Positions 38,340 through 51,500 of a stretch of DNA of 64,000 nucleotides are shown in pieces. The stretch's first letter is position 1, and each line of letters begins with the position of its first letter. Origin of the DNA: Azolla caroliniana (Eukaryota > Plantae > Polypodiophyta); the NCBI GenBank assembly GCA_043228905.1, contig JBHGNT010000011.1:14012001-14076000 (forward strand), given 5' to 3'. The notes under the pieces are model-generated. The model did no database searches and was not told the DNA's origin. It was given only the letters and a program-made list of their open reading frames with translations. A program made the position numbers and the translations under genes.

Positions 38340-41300
38340 TCCCATAACCCCAATAATGATGATATTTAGGGAGAGTGGCAATGATATGATGTTTGAGTTC
38401 TATGGGACCTTATTGAGCCAATTGTGTTGGCACTTAGTGGAATCATAACAATGACATAATAGGCTATGGTGCAATTGTAGAGAGAGGGAGAGATAGGCTT
38501 ATGAACTAGCATTGATTCAAAAGAGGCAAACAATATATATGTTATGTGATCATTATATCTAAATCCTCTTTTTATTGTATTTGTGTTGAGGGATAGAATA
38601 AGTACATAATTTTATCATCCCCCTATTTGTTTCATATGCATAAGAAATTGTAGGTATCAACATCAAATCACAACATTAATACTTTTGTTATGGCTTAAAC
38701 AATGGTAGTGTCTTGCTTGTGTCGTGTAATGGATTTTAAACTTACACTCGTTAAGAAAGAGAAACAGAGTATCATGAAACGAAAATAGAAAAGACTTAGA
38801 TATGTGCAATACCAAATTGCAAACAATGAAATGATATACAATATTATTTCTTTATGTAAATGATAGGTTTTCATGTATTGTTGAATATTGTGAGGATACT
38901 AATCCAACGGGACCCAATGATTATCAAACCATAAATGGAGAATCCTCAAAATTTTAGTGTCACAAGGATAAGAATAAACAAATTTGCAAGACCTCAAAAT
39001 ATACTGTTAATATAGTTGGAATATCCACAATGAGGATATTCCATTAAGTTTATTTTAGAATATTTCGGTCATAATAGATAAAAGAAATTACAATGGAGGT
39101 TAGAAAATCAATAGTTGACTTATAGTTGCATGAACCTCTATCCATCTTTATACTCCAAAACCCCCTATGTGAACACATAATGTGAAAAGCTTGTACTAAG
39201 AGGTCATATGCACATGAAAGCAACCTTAATTGAGGGACAGTATTCGAAGTATGACTCCAAGGGAGGTGTCTCAAGTTTAGCCTTTATGGTATGAATGTGG
39301 GTTTGATTTGTGTTGTGCCTTAGGATATTGATATCCTCTAAGATATTAAACTTCTACAATGTGCATTCACCCTTAATGGGACGGAAGCTAGTGGTTTACA
39401 AGCCGAATCAACTCAATACATGTATAAAGAAATGGCTAAATGTCAATGTGATCTTAAGCTTTCACAAAACATTTCTACATATGTTGTGATAATTTGAAAA
39501 CTTGTTTGTTCAAGGCATCCTCATGTAAAGTTGAGATTGGTGGCCAAGTAAAAAGACATGCAGATTTTGCAAACAAAACTTCAATTTTCAGATTGTTCTT
39601 TAATGAAATATATATGAAGATTGTTGGGTACCGCCTTGCTATTATTAAAGAATGATATGTTAAACATTTTAGGGTTCCAATATGAAGGTTTTTCAAAGAA
39701 GTATATCGTAAACGTCAAAGCATGAAAAAGGCGTAATGTAAAAACATGACCCTTCAATGGCTAGCAATATGTTGTTGGCTCTAATTGAGCCCATAATGGA
39801 ATTTAGCCTTTATGATATGAATGTGGGTTTGATTTGTATTGTGCCTTGTGCCTTGAGTGATGCAACCCCCTCCAATATGAATCTTAATAAGTAATTGAAA
39901 ACTCTCTTGAAACCTCAAATTACACTAAGGCCTCTTCATAGTGTGGCAAACCATTCCGAATTATCAAGAAAATTCATGAGGTTGTTTTCCAACTTATCAC
40001 TGTACCCAAGTATGAAAATGTATTTCCTCCATGGCCAAAAGTGAGTCCAATGTTTGCACTTAGGATGAACATGATCATATATAATTTTTGCCAACAGCCT
40101 ATGTGCAAGGGAAAAAATGGATACTAAATGTGCTAATTGTAAGGGGCAAAATTGAAGGAGAATTATAAATTTCAAGGATTTTAATTTTTGGGCCCTATGC
40201 AAAACTTATTGAGTAGAATATCTATGGAACAAATGTGTCCTTGGCTATCCTATTTTAAGCTAGCCAAGCAATCAATGAGCTTGTTATTGACCGGAAATGC
40301 TTTGTTCCTTGTTCCTCATTATCATCAAGGAGGAGATGATCTTATTTAGTTTTCTTCATTGTTCTCAATTGTAAGAATCTCGTCTCTCTTTATAATAGAT
40401 GGCATATTGTAAATGGTCAACACCTCTTCTATAATTTTGTATTCTCACCAACTTTGTTCCTAAACATTGGATATCCAAAAAAGGATTTCTTTTTTAGGTT
40501 ACGCTCATGTTGGTTTCACATTATATGATGGGGTGATGGTTGGATTTGTTTAAGTCATATGCCATGTTTGTGTGACCATTTGCAACCGTGTTGTGCTTGA
40601 GTAATAGGTATATTATTTGGTCAACGAAATAATATAAATATTTCACATAAGGAAATTGTCATTGCGGAAATTTCTGTAAATGTCAAAGCCTAGAAAACAA
40701 GATATACTAGTTGAATAGAATACTAATATGTGCTTATGGAGATTGGCAACCAAAAGAATAAGACATTATGGGCATTAGCACAATGAGAAAGTATATCTCA
40801 ATCATATTTATAATAAAAAGTTAGCATATTATACTTGGTGTAAATTTTAATATAATAAACAAAAAGTGTGAATGTGATGGTGTTAATGTAGACCTTATGC
40901 TCGCTAACCTTGAAGTCGTGGGCCTAATACTATGTTTCTTGTGAAGTGCATCACAACTTTGAGTTTAACATAATTATATTATATGAGACAAAATGAGAGA
41001 TGGGAAAAAGTAACAATGTGAATGTAAGTTGTGTCTAGAAGAGGAGAGGAAGTAATACTTTCTCATTTCAGAATGAAAGGAAAAGCAAAGAAAAAGTATA
41101 TATGTGAGAAATGTTCTCTCACAAATTAGTTGGTGGAAGAAGTGTTCTCCTTTTTCATTCTTCTTGGGTCACGATGCTACTAACTTATAAGAAAACGGAG
41201 AGAAAATGAAATTAGAACGAATGAATCACACTCTATTGTCTTTGTCACTGGCTGACTTAGCTACACAAACTTGGAAAAACCTCATAATGCAATGGCATCA

Positions 41301-42746
41301 TAGATTATGTTTTATACTGTAAGTTTGTGGGTATCTCTAACGGACTAGTCCAATGTTGTGTTGACCGTAAAAAACATTCATATTTAGTTGATGAATACAT
41401 ACATCACCACCTCATTAACAATTCCATGGCTTTACGAACGCACTTTCCACAACCTATGGTAATGCTTTTGAACAAAACTATAATATTATTCCTTCTCTCC
41501 ACGTGACTTCATAAATAACTATTCACCGACTAACTTGAAGTTCATTTATCAATATCGAGTTTATATTAGTATAATTGTAGCATATTGATGCTTATTTTCA
41601 AGCATTCATTGATGTTGCCTCTTTCCATGTGAATGGTGGGGAGTCATTTATACTAGAATAGTGCTTAATTTTCAAGCTTGCACTTTTTCCAAGTGGCATG
41701 TCTTTCTATCTTAGGTATACAAGCTCTTTTCTTTGGCCTAGACATATTTTTCAACCTCTACACTGAAAAAGGCTCAAACATTTTAGGAGTAGTCACACTT
41801 TTTATCGTATGGTAAAGGTGCACCACTTATCATTTATCTAGAACTAGAGTTGGGAAAGTGTTGAAATTTAGCTTTTAACTTTCTTCAACCATTCCTTTGT
41901 GGCATGCCTTTTCTTTTGTGTATGTGAATTGTAAATTTTCTTTTGTAAACAGTTTATGATGTTTAGGCTTGAAAACAGTTTTAACAATTTACCTTTCAAT
42001 TGTAAAATTTAGCCAATCATAACTATAGCTTATTGTGGTATAAAAAAAAGAAGGGAGTATGTTCAAGACTTCGTTTAAAATCCATTACCTTTAACTAAAA
42101 GGCAAAGTTAAGTGGCTCGAATTCAAGTCATCATGAGAGAGAGAAATTGATCAAGTAGTTTTCACAACTAAGATTTGTGGGTACCTTGTCACAAGAGAAG
42201 CTCCCTTTATGTCAATCTTACAAGCCATAAGAACCTATGACTATTTTCGTGGAGACAACTAAGGTTTTTTGTTTTTCATGTTATTTAAACTCTTACACAC
42301 GAGAGGGCTCAAAACGTTAGCTTAGTTGGTAAGGTTATCTGCAGGAGATAGGATGGCTATCTGGTCAACGCCCTATATTCTACAAGGCAAAAATATACGT
42401 GTAATAAAGATGTATGAAGGTTGGGCTTTGAACCCAAGGCGTTGTGTTCCTTGTCTGATAGCTTACCACTGGATAACAAAGTAACAAAGCAAAGGCAAAG
42501 TAAATAGAAGGAGAAATAGTTTGGGGCTTTAATAACAATATTTGAAGAAAACCTTACATAGTAAACCAATTATACTAGTTAGCCTTAATGATTAGAAGTC
42601 ATGTTTTGATGCCTCATCTAGATTTTTAAAGGAAATCTTGTAGAATTTTGTTCAAGATTTGGAGACTATTGTATCTTTTATTAGAGAATCTTACAAAATA
42701 TATTTTGTCACTAGGTATTTTTGGAAAAGAGTTTATAATATCTAGA

Positions 42747-43185
42747 GAGCTTATGCATACACACAATTAGATGGATTTGATATCTCTACAAGATGCCATT
42801 TACTATAATGAGGTGCATGATGAAGATAGAGAATACATTCCGGAAATTTGATAGCAATATTCCATTTAAGCTCTAGTCAAGCTAGGTCCGTCTTATGAAC
42901 TGAAGTAAAAATGTCTGAAAAACTAAAGATACTAACTTTGTGATATGTTTGTTGGAGTAAAAGGCTAATATGCCTAGAGTTGGTGGGAGCTTATGCATAC
43001 TGATACAACTTGATGGATTTCATATCTCTACAGGATGCCATTTACTATCATGAGGTGCATTAATGAAGATACAGAATACATTCCAAGAAATGTATGAACC
43101 ATAGTGAAAATGTTTGAAAAACTAATAGTACTATCTTTGTGATATGCTTATTGGAGTAAAATGCTAATATGCCTAGAATTGGTGG
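42747..43185. repeat. Imperfect about 240-bp tandem duplication
   Basis: GAGCTTATGCATAC...GATGCCATTTACTA...GCCTAGA(G/A)TTGGTGG starts at 42747 and 42987. The second copy has an internal deletion. Confidence 0.85.
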
Positions 43186-45701
43186 TTTCCAATTGGAAAA
43201 CATTGATTTGTTGTATTTTTGGATTTTGCCCAAACTATAAACTAGAGCTCATGTGCGACCATCATCATTAAAACATTGCCATTGTTTGAATGCTCACTTT
43301 CTTCATCTCTTGGGTTTAATATGAAACATAGATGGAATTATTGTTAACCACAAATTTGAGATTATTATAGAGTACAAAACCACTTCACCTTAGTCATTAC
43401 ACAATTTGGAGATCATTGTTAGAAGAATGTTCCATATGAGTTAGGGATTGCTTATGGATTTTGGACGCAACATATTTACATGCTGAGGTAATTAGACCTA
43501 TCGTGTTCAAGTCTATACTCAAAAAGTGTATGAGCAAGAAGGAAATCTTATTGTCAAATTTTAATTTGAGGTGTGATGAATTAAACTTGAGTCCAAAATA
43601 GCTTCCACCATTAGCCATGACTCTATTATGAATTAGGTTCACATGTTCGCTATTAGACGAGGAAATCATATTGAGTTCCATTACTGGCATAAAACTCTAT
43701 ACAAATGTTGTAGAAGGCCCAACAACATATCTGCCCACATGTCTCCCCCAACCTTGACAAATAATGTTAACATTACTCAACCTCCTCTACGTCCCATTTC
43801 AAAGTAATAAGTTGGCTACAATAACCTTAGTTAATGCTAGTGCCAATGTGCCAATCCTATCTTTTGATATTTGGGTCAATCAAGACTATCCCAAGCTTTA
43901 GTATTGCTATGACAAATAGACTTTAACACGCAAAGAACTCTTGCGTAAGATTACTTCCATTGAGATATGAATGTAGTGGAAAATTTGAAAATGTGGAGAA
44001 TAGATAGGTTTTCCTCACCCAACAAAAATATAAAAAGATGTGTGTTATGTGTTACTTGTAACACTTATGTGTGTGCGTGAGAGAGATTTTATCGTTGTCT
44101 TCAGAGGTCAAATATGACCTATAAGATTTTGTGATGGATGGACGAGTTGTGGTATAGGTTGGCTTCATTAGTTGCACAATCTCTGTAGAAAGCATAGTGT
44201 TGTAAGTGATGTGCCTTTTTTAAAACTAATGGAAGGATATTTTGTTTAAAAGAAGAAGAAGAAGAAGACCTAGGAGACAAAATATAACACTTTCACATAA
44301 TACATGTGAAAAAGAATAGCAAGTCTCAATGTTCAAGAACTTTAGACATGAATGTTGCAATTGAGAGTGCACAATATGAATGTGAGAGAGATTCGTGCAA
44401 GGATTGGTTTTGGTTGAAAATGTGTGGAAAACATTATCAGATGTGATCAAAGGCAAAGAACATTGTATCAAATTGTGATACCCAAACTCCCAAACATGTT
44501 TAGGGCAAAGTGTGCATTGTTGAATACACTCATATGCAATACAAGAGATCTCATAACTCAATTCAATGGTGCTCTCACCTTCTCTACTGTAAGTCTTATA
44601 ACCTGCACCAAACCTTGTGCTCTGCCCTTTGCTACCAAATATATCATTATCCTTTAGAGCATATTATAGAATCCCCCAACATGTTAATATTCAGTTTCAT
44701 GTTTCATTGATGCTTCTTTCTAAAAAATGATTTAGGGTGAACAAAATTTTTGGGAAATGTTGCCTTCACATTTTGCAAATTCAAAGGTATCTCAAGTAAC
44801 ATATAGGATCCTAGCTATAGATTATCTTTGGTCGTAAAAAAGTGAATTAGTGCAACTAATCTTTCATCCCACGATGGAAACCCCAATGGTATATTATTCT
44901 TAGATAAGACACAAAATGTGCCCAATAGTCGTTTGTTATTTTCTGTAAAGAATTGGGTATGATTCTTATGTAGCGGAAGAGATGTGTGTTATGTGTATGT
45001 GTGAGAGAAATTAGAGGAGAGATGAGAGAACACAAGATAGGTAGAAAAAGGAATACTCAAGAAGAAGGTGTATATTTCACAAGTAGAATAAGAATTACAA
45101 AATGTAGCATAATAAAGAGTCACAACCGACTTAGTATGAAGTATGAGGAGGGTGCTTTATATAGAGTCACCCTCTCTCTTCATTAAGTTTACAACAACCA
45201 CTCTCTCTCTTGGGGAATGTGAAGACTCATAGTCATGGGAAATATGTAACTCATTAGTTATGTGTCATAGAATATGATTGTATGACACATAGTTAATGTG
45301 TAGAGAGTAGTGGTGTGACTCTTGACCTTTGAGTAATCATGGATTCTCAAAAGGTGTGTTCACACGTTGCACTATGTTGAGCTTGATTCTCAACACGCCC
45401 CCTCAAGCTCAAGTCGGGTCGGTTCCTTTTGATTGATGTCCACTTCAGCTGGTATCCGGTTCAGACGATCTTCGGTGTCCGCTTCGGCTCGTACCTGGTT
45501 CGGACGGTATCCCAGTTCTCGCTTGTACTCCCCCTCAAGCTTGGCAAGTAAGGAATCGTTAATCCAAGGTCTGACAAGAATTGCCGAAACTTGTCGGCTC
45601 CTAAGGCTTTGGTGAAGATGTCGGCCGTCTGAAGATTCGTGTTGATGTGTTGAAGGTCGACATCTCCGGCCTGTACGTGCTCTCGAATGAAGTGATAGTG
45701 C

Positions 45702-46285
45702 ACTTCAATATGATTTGTGCGTGCGTGGAACACCGGGTTCCGAGCTAGATATATACTACTCATGTTGTCGTAGTAAATGGGAGTCGGATCCTTGATGGGG
45801 ACGCCCAGATCCTTCAAAATCCTCTTGAGCCATACGGCTTCACATGCAGCTATGGCTGTGCCCTTGTATTCGGCCTCCGTACTTCAATATGCTTTGTGCG
45901 TGCGTGGAACACCGGGTTCTGAGCTAGATATATACTACTCATGTTGTCGCAGTAAATGGGAGTCGGATCCTTGATGGGGATGCCCAGATCCTTCAAAATC
46001 CTCTTGAGCCACACGACTTCACATGTAGCTACGGCTGCGCCCCTGTATTCGGCCTCCGTACTCGAAAGTGTGGATCCTTGATGGGGACGCCCAGATCCTT
46101 CAAAATCCTCTTGAGCCATACAACTTCACATGTAGCTACGGCTGCGCCCTTGTATTCGGCCTCCGTACTCGAAAGTGTGGATCCTTGATGGGGACGCCCA
46201 GATCCTTCAAAATCCTCTTGAGCCATACGGCTTCACATGTAGCTACGGCTGCGCCCCTGTATTCAGCCTCCGTACTCGAAAGTGC
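45702..46285. repeat. Nested tandem repeats in Copia RNase H (179 bp x2 overlapping 107 bp x3)
   Basis: ACTTCAATATG starts at 45702 and 45881. The core GGATCCTTGATGGGGA...CTCCGTACT occurs at 45786, 45965, 46072 and 46179. Confidence 0.95.
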
Positions 46286-48511
46286 GACGGTAGGCTACTT
46301 CTTACTACTCCAAGATATTGCTCTGTTACCGAGCGAGAAGACAAATCCGGAGGTCGATCGTCGATCGGCTTTGTAGTCTGCCCAGTCCGCGTCTGTGTAC
46401 CCTTCGAGTCGTATTGGTGTGGCTGATGCGTAGTGAACGCCGTAATCCATTGTGCCGCTCACGTATCGTAATACTCACTTAGCGCAATTGAATCAGATAT
46501 CTCACGGAGTTTGCATGAATTGGCTAAGGAGTCCAACTGGATAGCTAAGGTCGGGTCGAGTGATCGTGAGATAGATGAGGCTCCCAATCAGTTGACGATA
46601 TTGGGTCGGCTCACACTCTTTTGTGCCGGAGTCGACATCCAATTTAAGGTTTCGATCGAGAGGGGTTGCCACAGATTTACACTGAGTCATCCCGAACTTG
46701 TATAACAAGTTGAGGATGTAGTGCCATTGGGAGATCATAATGCCGACCGGAGTCCGAATTACCTCGATGCCTAGGAAGTAATGAAGCTCCTTAATGTCCG
46801 TCATCTCAAATTTGTTGGAGAGGAGGGACTTCACCTTGTTGATGTCGACTAGACTTTCACCTCCAATGACCAGATCATCCACGTATAGGATGATGACAAT
46901 TAGGCTTCTAGAGTCGTGTCGTACGTAGAGGGAGTTGTCGGATTTTGACACTCGAAAGCCGATTTAATGAAGATATTGCGTAATCTTCGAATTCCAAGCA
47001 CGCAGTGCTTGCTTGATGCCGTAGAGTGGCTTCTTGAGTCGACACACGACTTTCGGATGAATGCGCGATTCGAAGCTGGGAGGTTTTACCATGTACACCT
47101 CCTCGTCTAATTCTCCTTGAAGAAAGGTGTTCTTGACGTCCATTTGGTGGAGGTGCCACCCTTTTGCCACTACACGTGCGATCACGGTCCGCACCGTCGT
47201 CATCTTTGCTACCGGGGCAAAGGTCTCTTCATAGTCGACTCCATGTGTTTGTGCGTATCCTTTCGCTACGAGTCGAGCTTTGTAACGGTTTATGGAGCTG
47301 TCGATATTATACTTCACCTTGTAGATCCATCTGCAGCCAATTGCCTTCTTGTGCGGTGAGTGGGGAACGAGATCCCATGTCTCATTCTTGGAGAGTGCTT
47401 GCATCTCCTCATTCATCGTTTCAACCCATCTTGGGTCCTTCGTGGCTTCGGAAAACGTTTCCGGCTCCCGTATTGTCGCTACCTTCAGCATAAAAGCGTA
47501 ATGGTACGCCATATAATTGTTGTAGCCAAATCGGTTTACGAGGTTCTTTTCACGGGTGGATCGGTGGAGCTTCTCGTTTGTGGATACTACGGCTTTCTCC
47601 GCTCCATTTGTCCGGATGTCAAGGCCTTCAAACTCACTATCGAGTGAGTGAGATGATTCGTTTCCGTCGAAGTGATCGTCTTCATACTCCGGCATTTTGG
47701 CCTTCCCTTGTCTAGCTTCGGACTCGGTCGAGATGTGCTTTGATGACTCAGAGGCTCTTGTGGTCCGCTCAATCGAGTTGTGATCGGATTTCTTCGAACA
47801 TGCGGGTAAAGCGTTCTTTATCCTCTATCTCTTGTTTGGCGGATTTCGGGTCGAGTGGAATCGAAGTCGAAGTTGTCTCTGGTGCGTACCAAGATGCGGA
47901 CTCATAAAAAACGACGTCCCGACTTACGCGAACTTTTCGAGTCGAGGGGTTATAGCACTTATACCCCTTTTGCTCCAGTGCGTATCCGATGAGGATACAT
48001 TTCTCCGACTTCGGGTCGAGCTTTTGTCGCTTTTCATCGGGGATGTGCACATACGCAATGGAGCCAAATATCCGGACGTGTGATAGATCCAGCTTCTTTC
48101 CAAAAAGCGTTTCGTGCGGCGTGAGGTCATGCACGCCGGATGTCGTACACTGATTCATGAGGTATACGGCCATGTTAACCGCTTCTGCCTAGTACGACTT
48201 CAGAACGTGCTTTTCGTTCATCATGACCCGTGCTACTTCGAGGATGTGCCGATTCTTTCGTTTGGCCACTCCGTTTTGTTGTCGCGTATGTCGACACGAA
48301 AACTCTCACCGAATTCCTTCTTTCCGTAGATACGCCGTAAACTCATCCGAGAAATATTCTTTGCCTCCATCCGACCGAAGACATCGTACATGTCGGCCCG
48401 TGGCTTTCTCGACTGCATTCTTGAATTTTTGGAAGTGTTCGAACACTTTGCTCTTTTGCTGCATCGGGTAGATCCAAGTGTGCCTAGAGAAGTCATCGAT
48501 GAAGGTCACGT

Positions 48512-51500
48512 TGTCGTGCCTTTCGGCTCCGGATCGTTGCGTGAGTCGGGTGGGAACCGCCGAGGTTTTGGACTAGGAGGAAGAGGAATACAAATTAAGG
48601 CTAGTTATGAATAGTAGAAAGAGAAGTAAGATAGCAATCTCGTGAATTCCACGAGTTTAGTGTATTTAAAACAATATTTAGATTATAAGAGTAATTTAGA
48701 TGGCAAAATTCGTGAATCCCACGAATATATTAGATTGATCAATCCTTGTATATTAATCAACACCCTTATACATATTTCTCTCCTCCTTATATAAAGATGG
48801 AAGAGGCTAAGAATGGCTTCATGCTTTTTCACCAAAAGTGTCCATGCACACTAAATGTGCATGTGATGCTTTGTCATTTCCTAAGTATAGGGCTCATGCA
48901 TGCTAGATGTGCATGAGTCACTTTTAATGTCACGTGTAAATAAAATATTTATTTATATGTATCTAAAATCGGATATATTATTTTATGGTTTTCACGTAGT
49001 GTGTGGAATACACTACGACACTCGCCCCCTCCGAACCCGCACATCCTCTGGTATGTGCCGAAGTTCTCGATTCCTCATATCCGTCTTCACCCAAAGCTTC
49101 CTCCGATTCTCCCCTTATGTCGACTATGAGTTGTAATTCACTTTCTTCGCTTCCCGTATCACCGTGGTCTTCGTCCGATTGCTCCTCGTTGTCGGCCTTG
49201 GCTTGGATCACATAGGGTTTGTCGTCGGTCCGCTTCTTGAAAATCTTCACCCACTTCCCGGCTATAGGCACTCGTAGTATTGTTCCATCCAACTCGGACA
49301 ATCGGTACGTTCCGTTGTCGAAGACTTTCCGAACCTCGTATGGCCCGAACCACCTTTTCGCGAATTTCCGCATCGTTGTATGTTGATGGTCCAAACTACT
49401 GTCATAGACAATCACCCAATCTCCTTCTTCAATCCTCCTCGGTCGTAGTCGGTGCTTTGTGTCGAACCGGCTTTTGTTCCGGAATCGTGCTTCTTGTTGT
49501 CGGCGTATTGCTTCCGCTATGTCTGCCGGTCTTCCCTCTAGTTGTCGTATCCGGACCGCTAGTAGTTCTTCCCGGCTCATCTCTTCCTTCCATGGTAGCA
49601 CTGTCCATGTTGCGATCGCGGTTTCCGTCGGCATTACCGGTGCTTGTCCGGTCATGAGTTCTGTAACCGGTTACGGAGCTATGCGTCGTCCGATCCGCCC
49701 ATAGTGCATACGGAAGCATCCGCGGCCAGTCCTTCACCTTTCCATCGCATGCCTTCGCAAGTGCTTTCACGATCGGACTATGTCCTCGTTCGATTTTCCC
49801 GTTGGCCTCCGGATTGTATGCCGTTGTCAGCGTTAACCGAACTCCGTGTTTGGCGAAGAATCCCCTAGCTTTGTCCGAGTCGAGTTCTCCCCGGTCCGCA
49901 ATCACTTGTCCTACGCACCCGTACCTGCAAAATACTTCCTCCAAAAGAAATTGGCATACCGCGGAACACGTTTTCCTCTGAAGCGCTCGACCTTCTACTT
50001 GATTCGTGAGATCTTCCCGAGCTAATACCAAGTATTTCTTTTGTCCGATCCCGGTCGGCATGGCCACTATGTAGACCATCCACTTGAAGTTGATTGTCGG
50101 TGAGAATGTCGGATGTAACTCATCTCGATGTCGAACCCCGGAGTAGACTTGACATTTCTCACAGCTTTCCGTGAACTTCGCGACATCTTTGTACATTTTC
50201 TTCCACCAATATTTTTGCTTGATCTTCACAAATGTTGCCCATGTTCCTCGGTGTCCAGCCCAATCGGATTCGTGAAACTCGGACATTATCCGGTTTCGTT
50301 GCTCTTTTGTCCCGACTACTCGAAGTGGTATACCATCCGGTCTTTTCGGCGCCCTCCATATTAATCCGTTTTCCAAGAAGAACTTTTGGACTTGCCTCTT
50401 CTTCCTTCGGATCTCGGCTCTTCTTCCTTCATCGTTTGTTGAATCCTCGACCTCTTGTAACATCTTTTCGATCATCAACCTTTCTCCCTCGTATTCTTCT
50501 TCCCGGAATTCTTGGATTACGTTCACTCGGCATATGTGCTCCGACGCGAAGTAGTCTTCGGAAACTTCTTCATTATTCGATTCAGTTATGTCATCTCCGA
50601 ACCGAGCCCTTGATAACATATCCGCTACCGCGTTGTCCTTCCCCGAGATGTGTCAAACCTCCGGATTAAGCGACTTGACATATGCAACCCACCTTAGCAT
50701 AGCTACATCCGGTATCGTACAACACCGCATCATCCCGAGTATCGGAAGACAATCCGTCTCGATCACCACTTCGGCTCCGATCAAATAATCCCGATCCAAT
50801 TTTATCGCCGACACGACTCCCCACAGTTCTCTTTTGACTTGTGCATATCCACGTTGCCTTTCGTTGAGAACCTTTGCTCTGAATCGGATCGGATACCGCG
50901 AACCATCCGAGTCGGCTTGATTGATGACCCACCCGATACCGGATGGACTTGTATCAACCGTTACTATGATCGGTCGGTCGTAGCTCGACTTCTTAAGTGC
51001 TTCTGCTCTCCGAAGTGTCTTCTTCAATTTCTTCATGGCTTTGGTGTGTTCCGGTTTCCATTCAAATTTCTTACCTTTCCACAACAAGTGGTAGAGCGGG
51101 TCCGCTATATGTGCATAGTGCGGAATCCATATGTGATAGAATGCACATGCACCGAGAAACCTTCGGACTTCGGATGTTGACTCGCATACTCCTCCATAGC
51201 TTGAATCGCATCGATCTTTGTTGGTGACGGTCTTCGGCCGTAGGGCCCACATAGATGTCCGACCACCAATATTTCTTCTTGCCCGAATGCCGATTTCTCC
51301 CCGGAAAGTGTTAGGTGCACATCTTCTAGCTTTCGCAACACTTTCTCGCAATCATGAATATGGTCGACCACGAACTTTCGGCATCCCCGATCATCCATAG
51401 TCTCATCTTTTTCTTCTACCGCGCATCCTTTCATCGGAATGTCATCGAGGAACGACATCGTTATCTCCGGAATGCAGTCTCGAAGCACCTTGTTCATCGC

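Noticed and set aside
39300-44850. Traces of RT- or transposase-like peptides in AT-rich DNA
   Set aside because: Too decayed to assign family or boundaries by eye.
45786-46285. Regular repeats superficially like a CRISPR array
   Set aside because: Head-to-tail units with no unique spacers, encoding Copia RNase H in a eukaryotic context.
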